This document shows, piece after piece, positions 18,501-27,714 of a DNA stretch of 64,000 nt. The position numbers were made by a program, and so were the translations under genes. Numbering within the stretch: position 1 is the first letter of the stretch; each line of letters begins with the position of its first letter. The stretch spans positions 4,061 to 68,060 of the forward strand of contig CBFIBM010000007.1 in NCBI GenBank assembly GCA_965660855.1, in the 5' to 3' direction. Under the pieces are notes generated by a model. That model searched no databases. It had not been told where the DNA came from and saw nothing but the letters and a program-made list of their open reading frames with translations. The DNA comes from an uncultured bacterium. GTDB lineage: Bacteria > Fidelibacterota > Marinisomatia > Marinisomatales > UBA1611.

Positions 18501-21500
18501 GAAATCAAAAGGTTGGTGATGAGAGTTTAAATAGGTTTGAGATCGATCAAATTTCACCATCTATTAATTACGTATCATATAAATCAAATTTCACAGACAC
18601 TACACTAGCAACTATTGGCGATGAAATAACTTTGTCTTTAAAAACGAATGAAGATATACAACAACCTTCTGTAACTATCTCGGGTAATAACGCGAATGTA
18701 ACAGGAAGTGGTGCATCATGGGAAGCAAGCTATATTATGCAAGAAAGTGACCCAGATGGCTTGATACCTTTTGAGATTAGCATAATCAATGATGTGAAAG
18801 GAAATCCTTCTAGTGATGTAACCGTTACCACAACAAATTCTTCAGCTGTAGTCTTTGATAAAACAAAACCGACTCTTGACTTTATACGAATTTTTTCTGA
18901 TAATAGTGATACAACATGGGCTAAAATAGGGGACAGTGTATTTATTCAATTCAAATCTAATGAATTATTAACACAAAGTAGTGCTTTAATATCATCAGCA
19001 TCCGCAGAGGTAATTTCTCTTGGGTCACAAAAATATTTAGCAAAATATGAAATGCAATCTACTGATCAGGAAGGAGATATTTCTTTTGAAGTGAGCTTCA
19101 TAGACAGTGTAGGTATCGCGGGTGATTTAGTCACGGAAACATCCAATAGCTCAAATGTAATTTTTGATAAAACAATTCCCCTCTTAGAGTATGTGCATAT
19201 TGAATCAAATAATTTGAATAATAGTTTAATAGCAATAACAGGAGATGATGTTTATTTGACTTTTCGTCCTCTATCAACGGACCCAATTCTTTTAGACTCT
19301 ATTGCAGTTACAATATCCGGTCAAGATGCAACTGTTAATCAAAATGGGGATACTTACTCGGCGACTATTCCAATTACAGAATCAATACCGGGTGGATTTA
19401 TTACTTATACAATAGATTTTGTTGATCGAGCTGGAAATAGGGGAAATCAGGTAAATGTCACCACAGATGATAGTTATGTCAATCATGATATTGTCCCTCC
19501 AAGTATTGATTCAGTTTCAATATATTCTAATAATTTATTTACAGATTGGGCAAAAGTAGGTGATTTAGTATTTATTGAATTTTTTGCAAATGAGCAATTA
19601 GGATCAATGAATATAAGTATCCTGGGATTAGGAGTTGATGCTTCAGATATTGAATTTAATGGATTAACTGAAAACAACTTAGCTTGGTATGTTGGTAAGA
19701 GAGAAATGAATGATGCTGATGAAGAAGGGCTGATAACTTTTAATATTGATTATCAAGACCTTGGAGGTGTTACAGGACCATCAGCATCACAAACAACAAA
19801 TAATAGCTATGTAAAATTTGACAAGAACTTACCGGTTGTAAATAATATCAGAGTATCCTCAAATAATGAAATTAGTGAGACTCTTGCTGCAATTGGAGAC
19901 GTTGATTCTATCTTTTTCACTTTGAGTGAAAGCTATAGAGAACTACAAGTATTCATCCAAGGATCTCCAGTTAATTCAGTAAATACTGGAATATTATCTT
20001 TTTATGCAATTAAAGAGATGACTCAGGATGATCTAAACGGTCTTATAACATTTGAGATTGTCGCGAATGATTCTGCTGGAAATAGCTCTGGAAGTATTAC
20101 GCAAACTAATGACGCTTCTACTGTATTATTTGATGGTACTATACCAACGTTGCAAATGGTTTCTTTTTATTCTTCAAATGAAATCAATGAAGAACTTGCA
20201 ATTGTTGGAGACATTTTAAATTTAGATTTTATTTCAAGCGAGTATTTAAGTTCAAATTCTATTTTAATTGCAGGTTTTCCAGCTGATGATGTTAGTGAAA
20301 TTGAAAACAACACTTATAGAGCTTGGAGGACTCTTGATGGATCAGAAACTCAAGGATTCATTCCATTTAATATTCAATTTTCTGATACAGTAGGAAATGC
20401 AGGGATTGAGGTTAATAGCACAACTGATAATTCATCAATATTATTTGATATGACACCACCATCAATTATTGAGTTAGACACTGCTTATGTAAGCGGAGGT
20501 AACGTAGTTAAAGATTATTGGAATTTATCAAACCAAAGTATTTTTCTGGAAATTTTAGTTACAGGTGATTCCACCCTTTTTGATGGAAAAATTCAGCCTT
20601 TGATCCAGTTTGATTTGGGAGGCTATGATTATATTGGTAATGAGCAAACAATTAATCTTAACGATAGTGTAAAAGTATTAGAGCTTTCCAGAAGTTTAAT
20701 TATTCAAATGAGTGAATATGGTGAGGGGAAAAATATTTCATTTAAGTATTTAATTTGGGATAAAGCAGGGAATCAGTCAGAGTGCTTAACTGATAATACG
20801 ATTTTTCATATCGATGAAATTATTCCGACTACGGAATTAGATACATTGTATTCAAATAATGAATTAAGCGCAGATTGGGCTACTGTATCAGACTCCATAT
20901 TTATTTCTTTTTCCTCGAACGAAGGATTATATAATCCAATAACCATATTATTATCAGATACATTAGTAAATAATGATAGCCAGGGAGGAAAGTTTTGGTT
21001 AGCAAATAACGTTGTCGAAGAAATGGATCCGAACGGGGAAATAAATTTTTATTTTTCCTTTTCGGATACAGCTGGAAATTTTAGTGAAGTAGTAATTGAT
21101 AATTCACTATCGAGTGTAGCTATAGATAAAAGTAACCCAATTATTACAAATCTCTTAGTTGGAGAAAATAATCAAAACCTTAGTTATTTTAACAAAAGTG
21201 ATTCTTTAACTCTCTATTGGGAACATAATGATTCATTATCTGGAATAAAAGAAGTCTACTTTGGTTTAGGATCAGAAAATAATAGTACAGATATAGTGAA
21301 CTGGACATCTTCGGTTGGAAATAATATAGCGGGATTAGGAAGTTTGAATTTAATTAATGAATCTGTTTATTATGGTGGAGTTTTTGTGCGTGATTCAGCT
21401 GGGAATTATTCTGATACTATTTGGAACAGTGGAATCACCATAGATACCCAAATTCCTGATACAGGATTGATAAATGATGGGAATTGGATAATTGATTTAG

Positions 21501-22915
21501 ATTATACTTTAGATTCAACAAAATTACTTTATACTTACAATGGTTTTTTGGATAATATAGATATTTTACATTATGAAATTGCTGTAGGGACAAATAATGA
21601 TACGACAAATATTCTTGATTGGGTGATTACTGATAGTACTGGCCAAACTACTTTATTCGGTTTTGACTTAGATAGAGATACTCTTTATTATAGCTATATA
21701 CGTGGCGTTGATCTTGCATTCAATCGATCAGAGACGGTAAGAACTGATGGGATTTATTTTGATGATTCTGAACCTAAAGTTCAAGAATTATCTCCAAATT
21801 TTATTGACTCTTTAAAAGTACTTTCAGTTTTAAGAGGAGATACGATAGAAATAAAATTTAACCGTTTAATTTACTTTTATGATATAGATATTAAGCTAAA
21901 TAATGAGACTAATTTTGATGTACAAGAAGTATTTACTGACTCAGCTATAACCCTTATTTGGGATGAACCGCTAGCTAGTGATGATACAGTCATTGTTTAT
22001 TTAGATAGTGCACTGGCATATAATACACTTTTCTTTTCAGACACATTATATTTTCATAGTCAATTATGGGGGGATTTAAATAATGACCATGATTTAACCT
22101 TGGAAGATATATTAATATTTAATAATAATTGGCCTAATATAGACTTGAGTCCTTTTGAAAATAACCCACCCCATGTTAAGCCAAAACCGGATGGTAATTC
22201 TGACCTCTCTGATTTAGTAGCATTTGCAAAAATGTGGCAGTGGAAATATTTTAATTTATCTTTTGATTCAAGTGAGTACTCATCAAGATTAGTTATAGAC
22301 CATGAAGTTGAAGCTAGAGGAAACAAAGTTATATTTAAAGTTCCACAAAACAGTAAAATGGCAGAATTCTTAGTAGGTGAATCAAATATAAATATACTTG
22401 AAATGAAGATGAAAAAGCCAAATCCAGGATCATTTTTATTTCAATCTACCGACACATTGAATCAAATAACTCAATTTTCTATTGCAGACAAAAATGGATT
22501 AGACTCATTATTAATTATAACAATACCTGATACAGAATCAGATGTTTTATCTTGCAAAGTGCAATATAAATACTTGGATAATGAAGGATATGAACTAGAT
22601 AGGGGAATGTTGAACTTAAATGTAGATATTTTACCCGATAAATTTTTTGTAACAGATAATTATCCAAATCCATTTAATTCAACAACGGTTATAAAATATG
22701 AAATTCCTGATATATTAGATGTAAATATTCAAATTTATGATGTTTTAGGTCGTAATATATATAATTCAAAAAAAGAGAAGCTTAATCCTGGTAGATATCA
22801 ATTCACATGGGAGGGAATAAATGAATTAGGACTAAAAGTAAGTACAGGTATATATTTTCTGCAGATACAAGCTGGGAAAAATCTACACTCACAAAAATTA
22901 TTATTATTGAAATAA
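15542..22915 (+). CDS. giant secreted repeat protein: LamG/pentraxin domain, Ig-like repeats, dockerin-like segment, FlgD/T9SS-type CTD
   Basis: signal peptide; FDGKIDEVRFWN (LamG); repeated 'D.T.P....V.I.SNN....A..GD' units; WGDLNNDHDLTLED; NYPNPFNSTT...STGIYFL. Confidence 0.85.
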   Translation: MKNFITIIIFSFFSSILIGQVLLETDFDNGNLPSNWYFDPVPPYSPANRGEWTVSSSSSSFNTDPPSATYNWNPASSSGFANYSEHYLYSEIINVSDPTYALVQFQIALDGYSTPPNHYNGMKVEYSSDGNSWFTVLEYQISNASGATVDILPRTDEFYVTMDNTLQIRWETYGTNSYHIDRWHIDNIKVTAIPSIDQNGSATISSNNLDDSQKAIPGDVVTLAFTVPTDLADGTEPFVLINSAEAIVTNISGRNFSAEYTVPEDASDGPISFSIDFTTASNIPGPTCRNTTDYTNVLIDVTGPVSPTVTVNTVVLGGNVFSGIWNSTNENVQVEVEVPSDTTVVAFNYETGQSVDMVGSNSLLNIPSNIIYNVTNEFTFETYIKVNSATDYQGFLDFGQYSGFTQKGFGAFLYGGGWRFFLKTTGLASGLSDIEHLQASAPIDTWVHFAITFENSTLKLYRNGILIGSKSDYTGNVDWGGFSDNLILGSFDSGSGTSYFDGKIDEVRFWNIARTENEIKAYKNVGLNGDETGLIGYWRLDELSGSVATDLSVTNNPGALVNGASFVQDSYFLFQEDSLNTLSIIGSKFQILSKISGNPYELIGDKITITADDLAAQKMNLSATADQFQSLTGFGHNLSTEFSARLFDQSGNFADGNTSATTLNIDIIAGPPSTISISSNNTYTHLAKTGDQITLNMSFDEDVNLPEVLIEGNSSTESDLGSESFNSIYVLSGAEPEGNIEFDLTVIDYLGNQNSYNSITDGSNVYYDKTKPNLDIVRIVSNNPHDTTWASNGNTISLYFTSNEDISNTDSIPSATILGQNSLTTNIGSDNWKAAYITTNTDQEGEVDFEITFHDLAGNKGDIVSSSTVDNNSKVIYDRTTPSDFTLGTITSMGGNIIDNVWNSTNNNLEVIVPIENDTTLKQGWVQIRAKIGSNSMEDFGAISEIEEEDISGQKSLIFSALEVEGITGFNDNDTIVFNAILYDRPGNQKVGDESLNRFEIDQISPSINYVSYKSNFTDTTLATIGDEITLSLKTNEDIQQPSVTISGNNANVTGSGASWEASYIMQESDPDGLIPFEISIINDVKGNPSSDVTVTTTNSSAVVFDKTKPTLDFIRIFSDNSDTTWAKIGDSVFIQFKSNELLTQSSALISSASAEVISLGSQKYLAKYEMQSTDQEGDISFEVSFIDSVGIAGDLVTETSNSSNVIFDKTIPLLEYVHIESNNLNNSLIAITGDDVYLTFRPLSTDPILLDSIAVTISGQDATVNQNGDTYSATIPITESIPGGFITYTIDFVDRAGNRGNQVNVTTDDSYVNHDIVPPSIDSVSIYSNNLFTDWAKVGDLVFIEFFANEQLGSMNISILGLGVDASDIEFNGLTENNLAWYVGKREMNDADEEGLITFNIDYQDLGGVTGPSASQTTNNSYVKFDKNLPVVNNIRVSSNNEISETLAAIGDVDSIFFTLSESYRELQVFIQGSPVNSVNTGILSFYAIKEMTQDDLNGLITFEIVANDSAGNSSGSITQTNDASTVLFDGTIPTLQMVSFYSSNEINEELAIVGDILNLDFISSEYLSSNSILIAGFPADDVSEIENNTYRAWRTLDGSETQGFIPFNIQFSDTVGNAGIEVNSTTDNSSILFDMTPPSIIELDTAYVSGGNVVKDYWNLSNQSIFLEILVTGDSTLFDGKIQPLIQFDLGGYDYIGNEQTINLNDSVKVLELSRSLIIQMSEYGEGKNISFKYLIWDKAGNQSECLTDNTIFHIDEIIPTTELDTLYSNNELSADWATVSDSIFISFSSNEGLYNPITILLSDTLVNNDSQGGKFWLANNVVEEMDPNGEINFYFSFSDTAGNFSEVVIDNSLSSVAIDKSNPIITNLLVGENNQNLSYFNKSDSLTLYWEHNDSLSGIKEVYFGLGSENNSTDIVNWTSSVGNNIAGLGSLNLINESVYYGGVFVRDSAGNYSDTIWNSGITIDTQIPDTGLINDGNWIIDLDYTLDSTKLLYTYNGFLDNIDILHYEIAVGTNNDTTNILDWVITDSTGQTTLFGFDLDRDTLYYSYIRGVDLAFNRSETVRTDGIYFDDSEPKVQELSPNFIDSLKVLSVLRGDTIEIKFNRLIYFYDIDIKLNNETNFDVQEVFTDSAITLIWDEPLASDDTVIVYLDSALAYNTLFFSDTLYFHSQLWGDLNNDHDLTLEDILIFNNNWPNIDLSPFENNPPHVKPKPDGNSDLSDLVAFAKMWQWKYFNLSFDSSEYSSRLVIDHEVEARGNKVIFKVPQNSKMAEFLVGESNINILEMKMKKPNPGSFLFQSTDTLNQITQFSIADKNGLDSLLIITIPDTESDVLSCKVQYKYLDNEGYELDRGMLNLNVDILPDKFFVTDNYPNPFNSTTVIKYEIPDILDVNIQIYDVLGRNIYNSKKEKLNPGRYQFTWEGINELGLKVSTGIYFLQIQAGKNLHSQKLLLLK

Positions 22916-22919
22916 TATT

Positions 22920-23567
22920 TTAAAAAAGAGGTTTTAATACAGATATGGTACCATTTATCACAAATTGTACCGCAATAACAAGTAGAATTAAGCCCATTAA
23001 TCTTTGTATTACTCTCATTCCAGTAGTTCCAAGCACTTTTATTACAACGTCTCCATTTCGCAAAATAAAATAAACTAATAACAATACTAAGAATAAAGAA
23101 AGGACCACTGTTGCATAACTATATATTTGAGGTGTTTGGCTTGATAAAAGCATAACAGCTGTTATCGCGCCAGGACCTGCAATTAAGGGTATTCCTATTG
23201 GGCTAATTGCAATATCTTCACTTTCAAAAGATTCTTCTCGCTCGGCAGGTGTAGTCCTTGACCTACCAACTTTTGCTTCTAACATCCTTAGCCCATTCCT
23301 GAAAAATAAGATTCCTCCCATAATCTGAAATGCTTCTAAAGTAATACTAAAAAATTTAAAAATTACAGAGCCCAATATTGAAAAAATAATAAGGGTATAA
23401 AATGCGGTTAGAGAACCTTTCTTTGCTATTTTGATTCTCTCTTCTTTAGAAAACCTTTCGGTCATTACAACTAATAATGGCGCAATCCCCAAAGGATTTA
23501 TTAAGGTAAAAACCGTTGTTAAGCTAAAAATAAAAAATTGAGATTCTGATCTAATCAAATCTAACAT
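22920..23567 (-). CDS. MarC family membrane protein
   Basis: INPLG, IPLIAGPGAI, RLMGLIL. Confidence 0.92.
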   Translation of the reverse strand: MLDLIRSESQFFIFSLTTVFTLINPLGIAPLLVVMTERFSKEERIKIAKKGSLTAFYTLIIFSILGSVIFKFFSITLEAFQIMGGILFFRNGLRMLEAKVGRSRTTPAEREESFESEDIAISPIGIPLIAGPGAITAVMLLSSQTPQIYSYATVVLSLFLVLLLVYFILRNGDVVIKVLGTTGMRVIQRLMGLILLVIAVQFVINGTISVLKPLF

Positions 23568-23568
23568 T

Positions 23569-25203
23569 TTACATTCTTTCTGGAGCTGAAACGCCTAATA
23601 TAGTTAGTCCATTTTTTAGAACTATTTTAACAGCCTTTATTAGAGCCATCCTAGATTTTGATTTATCAATATCATCAGATAATACTCTACAGTTACCATA
23701 AAACTTATGAAATTTAGTTGCAAGCCCTTGTAAATAGTTCGCAATATTTTGAGGCTCAAAATTTGCATACGAAAGGTTTATATATTCTGGAAATCGGATT
23801 AAATATTTTAATAAGTTAATTTCATCAATATCTGATAAAATATGTGGTTTAAAATTTTCATTAAAACTTATATTTGATTCTTTTCCTCTTTTTATAATAT
23901 TAGATATTCTGGCGTAAGCATATTGTAAATAAAAAACTGGATTTTTATCCGATTGGTCAGCAGCTAAATCAAGATCAAAATCTAAATGAGTATTCATACT
24001 TCGCATAACAAAAAAATAACGCACAACATCTAAACCTACTTCATCCACTAAAGAGTCCAGTGTGATAAAATTAGCTTTTCTAGTAGACATTTTTACCTTT
24101 TCACCTTTTTTGATTAGTGTGACAAATTGATAAAGTAAAACTTTTATATGTTCTGTATTATAGGAAAGAGCATCTAGAGCTAATAAAACATCGGGATAAG
24201 TGTCAGCGTGGTCAGCGCCAAAGACATCAACAATTAGGTCATAATTTCGTTCAATTTTATTTTTATGGTATGCTGTATCAGGCAATCGATAAGTTGGCTC
24301 GCCAGTACTTTTTATGTACACTCTATCTTTTTCATTGCCTAAAGAAGTTGTCCTAAACCAAGTAGCATTATCTTTCTCATAAATAAGTTTTTTGCGTTTA
24401 AGGTCTTTTAACAACTTTTTAATATCACCATTTTCATAAAATGTTTTTTCATTAGTAAAAGTATCAAAAGTGATACCTAAGTTTTTTAAAGATATTTTTA
24501 TTTCTTTAAATATAGATTTTTCAGCATACTTTGTAAAATCTGATAAATCCAAATTATTTTTTTTATCCTTTTCATTTAAAATCTTTTTTGCAATATTATT
24601 AATATAAGCGCCTTGGTAGCCATCATCTGGAAAAGAAAATTTATTACCCAGTAATTCATCATAACGAGCTTTTACAGATTGGCCAAGAATACGCATTTGT
24701 CTTCCTGCATCATTAAAATAATATTCCCTAGTAACTTTATAACCTTGCCATTCTAAAATATTTGAGACAACATCTCCTAATATTGCATTTCTTCCATGTC
24801 CAATTGTTAATGGCCCTGTAGGGTTTGCACTCACAAATTCTACATTTGCAGTTTTTCCATCTCCATAATTACCTTTACCATAATTTTCATTTTTTATTAA
24901 AATAGTTTTAATCTGATCTTGAAAATATTTGTTTTTTATTTTAAAGTTAATGAATCCAGGTTTTGTTATAGAGGTTTGACTAATAAAAACAGGTAGTTCT
25001 TTAGAAAAATTATCAATGATATTTTTGCCAATATCCATTGGGTTCTTTTTCAAGTCTTTCGCAATTACTAATGAGATGTTTGTAGATAAATCCCCAAAAT
25101 TTTCATTTTTTGATGGTGTTATTGTAAAGGTTTTTATTGGGAATGAAAGTTCAGATAAGCTTTCTAAAATTTTTTTATGAATTAAGTTTTTTAATTCATT
25201 CAT
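23569..25203 (-). CDS. argS: arginine--tRNA ligase
   Basis: EFVSANPTGPLTIGHGR, KMSTRKA, YLQYAYARI, APERM; start moved to ATG 25203 (coupled to rsfS stop). Confidence 0.96.
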   Translation of the reverse strand: MNELKNLIHKKILESLSELSFPIKTFTITPSKNENFGDLSTNISLVIAKDLKKNPMDIGKNIIDNFSKELPVFISQTSITKPGFINFKIKNKYFQDQIKTILIKNENYGKGNYGDGKTANVEFVSANPTGPLTIGHGRNAILGDVVSNILEWQGYKVTREYYFNDAGRQMRILGQSVKARYDELLGNKFSFPDDGYQGAYINNIAKKILNEKDKKNNLDLSDFTKYAEKSIFKEIKISLKNLGITFDTFTNEKTFYENGDIKKLLKDLKRKKLIYEKDNATWFRTTSLGNEKDRVYIKSTGEPTYRLPDTAYHKNKIERNYDLIVDVFGADHADTYPDVLLALDALSYNTEHIKVLLYQFVTLIKKGEKVKMSTRKANFITLDSLVDEVGLDVVRYFFVMRSMNTHLDFDLDLAADQSDKNPVFYLQYAYARISNIIKRGKESNISFNENFKPHILSDIDEINLLKYLIRFPEYINLSYANFEPQNIANYLQGLATKFHKFYGNCRVLSDDIDKSKSRMALIKAVKIVLKNGLTILGVSAPERM

Positions 25204-25558
25204 TGTTAAATTTTTCAAAAGGGGCATCTGCCCATAAGCGATCTAAAGAATAATATTCTCGATGATCTTTATTAAAAACATGAATAATAATATCAAAATA
25301 ATCAATTAAAACCCAATTTTGTTTATCGTAGCCTTCTAAATGTTTTGGTTTTTGTGGTGTTCCTTTTCTAATGCTATCTGTAATTGCTTTAACCTGGGGC
25401 TCTGAATTTCCATGACAAATAATCATATAGTCCGTAATTGATGATAAGCCTCGAACATCTAGAATAACTAATTCCTCGGCTTTTTTATCAAGAGCTAAAT
25501 TTACAATTTTTTTTAAGAGTATGTGATCTCCCACTAAACTCTTATGAGTTTTAGACAC
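25196..25558 (-). CDS. rsfS: ribosome silencing factor
   Basis: DKKAE..ILDV, WVLIDY.DIIIHVF, YYSLDRLW. Confidence 0.94.
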   Translation of the reverse strand: MSKTHKSLVGDHILLKKIVNLALDKKAEELVILDVRGLSSITDYMIICHGNSEPQVKAITDSIRKGTPQKPKHLEGYDKQNWVLIDYFDIIIHVFNKDHREYYSLDRLWADAPFEKFNNE

Positions 25559-25561
25559 TTA

Positions 25562-26101
25562 TTATAATTTAGAGATGAAATTAAATAATTCTTTAAAGTC
25601 AACAATGTCTTTCCCAAGTATCACTGTGACATCAACACCTAAAGATTCATCCGGTTCATGTTTTATATTAGTCTTATTTTCAACTGATAGTCCTAAAGAT
25701 TCAGCAACAATTTTTAAGCTTTCAAAATTTTCATTTCTGCCAATAATAGTAGTTTTCAAATAATCATACTTATCAGCATTATCAGACCTTACTACATCTA
25801 CTTGTTGTTGTCTCAGAAAATCGGATGCTTTAGCTGCAATTCCTTTTATACCACAACCATTTAAAACTTCTACTTTAATATCTTTAATAGGATTCTGCTC
25901 ATATACTTCAATTGCAAGTCGTGGTTTTTCTTCTATTTCTGGAAATACAACATCAACCGGTATACCCTTATGAGAAACATTTTTATAGAATGAAAAAATG
26001 AAACCCAGTAGTAAAATACCTGCAATACTAATAGCACCGTTTAGGATTAAGTCATTATTTATAAGTTTAGAGTTCTTGAGTTTGTTTTTTTTTCGAGCCA
26101 T
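25562..26101 (-). CDS. LytR C-terminal domain membrane protein
   Basis: VEVLNGCGIKGIA...DVTVILGKD. Confidence 0.88.
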   Translation of the reverse strand: MARKKNKLKNSKLINNDLILNGAISIAGILLLGFIFSFYKNVSHKGIPVDVVFPEIEEKPRLAIEVYEQNPIKDIKVEVLNGCGIKGIAAKASDFLRQQQVDVVRSDNADKYDYLKTTIIGRNENFESLKIVAESLGLSVENKTNIKHEPDESLGVDVTVILGKDIVDFKELFNFISKL

Positions 26102-26575
26102 TTATTTTAATACAGAGCTGTTCATGTTTGAAAGATGGTTTTGATTAAGGTAATTAAATGGCATTCTTTGAATTCTAAACTGAATCAATGAATTTTCAGA
26201 AGGTTTGTAAGTCAAATCTGCATTGTAAGCGAAATCTAAATTATTAAAGAAGGTGGATTGCTGTTGAAAAGGTAAATTTGATTTCATTAATGTAACATTA
26301 GCATTTAACCATAAATTATTTTTTATTTTATACATGATATTGTTATTAAAACCCGCTACTGAAAAAGATTGACCATTAGAAGAAAGCATAGACATAGTTA
26401 GTCCATAATTATACTGAAAGTTATCTAGGTTAAAATCAAATATGGAGTGATTATTATCTAACTCTCCATTTATGTTCGTAGGCAAAGTTTGAATAGGAAG
26501 ATCTACTTGAAATTGTGCAAATAAAAATCCGCAAAGGATACTTTTTGATAACAATATTTTTAATGTATTAATCAT
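26102..26575 (-). CDS. secreted hypothetical protein
   Basis: signal peptide, beta-strand-rich; in operon context. Confidence 0.6.
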   Translation of the reverse strand: MINTLKILLSKSILCGFLFAQFQVDLPIQTLPTNINGELDNNHSIFDFNLDNFQYNYGLTMSMLSSNGQSFSVAGFNNNIMYKIKNNLWLNANVTLMKSNLPFQQQSTFFNNLDFAYNADLTYKPSENSLIQFRIQRMPFNYLNQNHLSNMNSSVLK

Positions 26576-26640
26576 AAATACTCACATAAGTTAAAACTTT
26601 TATACACATAAGTAAAAATTATAATTTTCATACCATTAAT

Positions 26641-27714
26641 TTAATATGACGAATTTATAATTGCGCCACCCAAGCAGGTTTGATTATCATAGAATACTAT
26701 TGACTGACCATTTGCTACGGCAAATTGCTTTTCCTCAAACTCAACAATTATTTTGTCAGGATCGTCATTGATTAACTTACAGGAGTAGTCACTAGCGCGA
26801 TATCGAACTTTTGCTTTAAGATTGTTAATTCTTTCTGGCTGATTCCCATTTATCCAATGGATATTAGAAATGGTAATATATTTTTTGTATAAAAGTGGAT
26901 GATCGTTCCCTTGCCCAACTATCAATTCATTTGAATTAATATTTTTATCTATAACATACCAAGGTTTCGAATTATTACTATCAATTCCGCCAATGTTTAA
27001 TCCTTTTCTTTGTCCAACAGTATGGAACATTAAGCCCTCATGTTCTCCTATCAATTTTCCACTATCAGTTATAATATTGCCTGAGCATGCGGGTAGATAT
27101 TGCTTTAAAAAGCTTTTAAAGTCTCGTTGTCCAATAAAGCAGATTCCGACACTATCTTTTTTGTTAAAATTATGAAAGCCCTTTTTCTTAGCATATTCTC
27201 TAACTTGATTTTTATTTAATTCTCCTAAAGGGAATATTGATTTTGATAATTGATTTTGATTTAAACTATGTAAAAAATAGCTTTGGTCTTTTTGGGTATC
27301 TTTTCCTTTTAAAAGTTGAAAATAGTTTTTCGAATGTTCACTACGTACATAATGTCCAGTTGCGATTTTATCTGCCCCTAGATTGATAGCATAGTTCAAA
27401 AATTCTTTAAATTTTATTTCCGTATTACACATAATATCAGGATTAGGTGTCCGGCCAGATTTATATTCATCTAAAAAATATTGGAATACCTTATCCCAAT
27501 ATTCTTTAGCAAAATTAACACTTCTTAATGGAATATTTAGTTTATCACAGATTTGAAGAGCATCTTTATAATCCTGTTCAACTGTACAGTATTCAGGATC
27601 TTCCTCCCAATTTTTCATAAAAATTGCTTCAACATTATAGCCTTTATCTATCAGTATTGAAGCTGCAACTGCACTATCGACACCTCCGCTTACTCCAACA
27701 GCAACCTGTTCCAT
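26641..27714 (-). CDS. mnmA: tRNA-specific 2-thiouridylase
   Basis: SGGVDS, TPNPDIMCN, ATGHY, KDQSYFL, DSVGICF. Confidence 0.96.
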   Translation of the reverse strand: MEQVAVGVSGGVDSAVAASILIDKGYNVEAIFMKNWEEDPEYCTVEQDYKDALQICDKLNIPLRSVNFAKEYWDKVFQYFLDEYKSGRTPNPDIMCNTEIKFKEFLNYAINLGADKIATGHYVRSEHSKNYFQLLKGKDTQKDQSYFLHSLNQNQLSKSIFPLGELNKNQVREYAKKKGFHNFNKKDSVGICFIGQRDFKSFLKQYLPACSGNIITDSGKLIGEHEGLMFHTVGQRKGLNIGGIDSNNSKPWYVIDKNINSNELIVGQGNDHPLLYKKYITISNIHWINGNQPERINNLKAKVRYRASDYSCKLINDDPDKIIVEFEEKQFAVANGQSIVFYDNQTCLGGAIINSSY

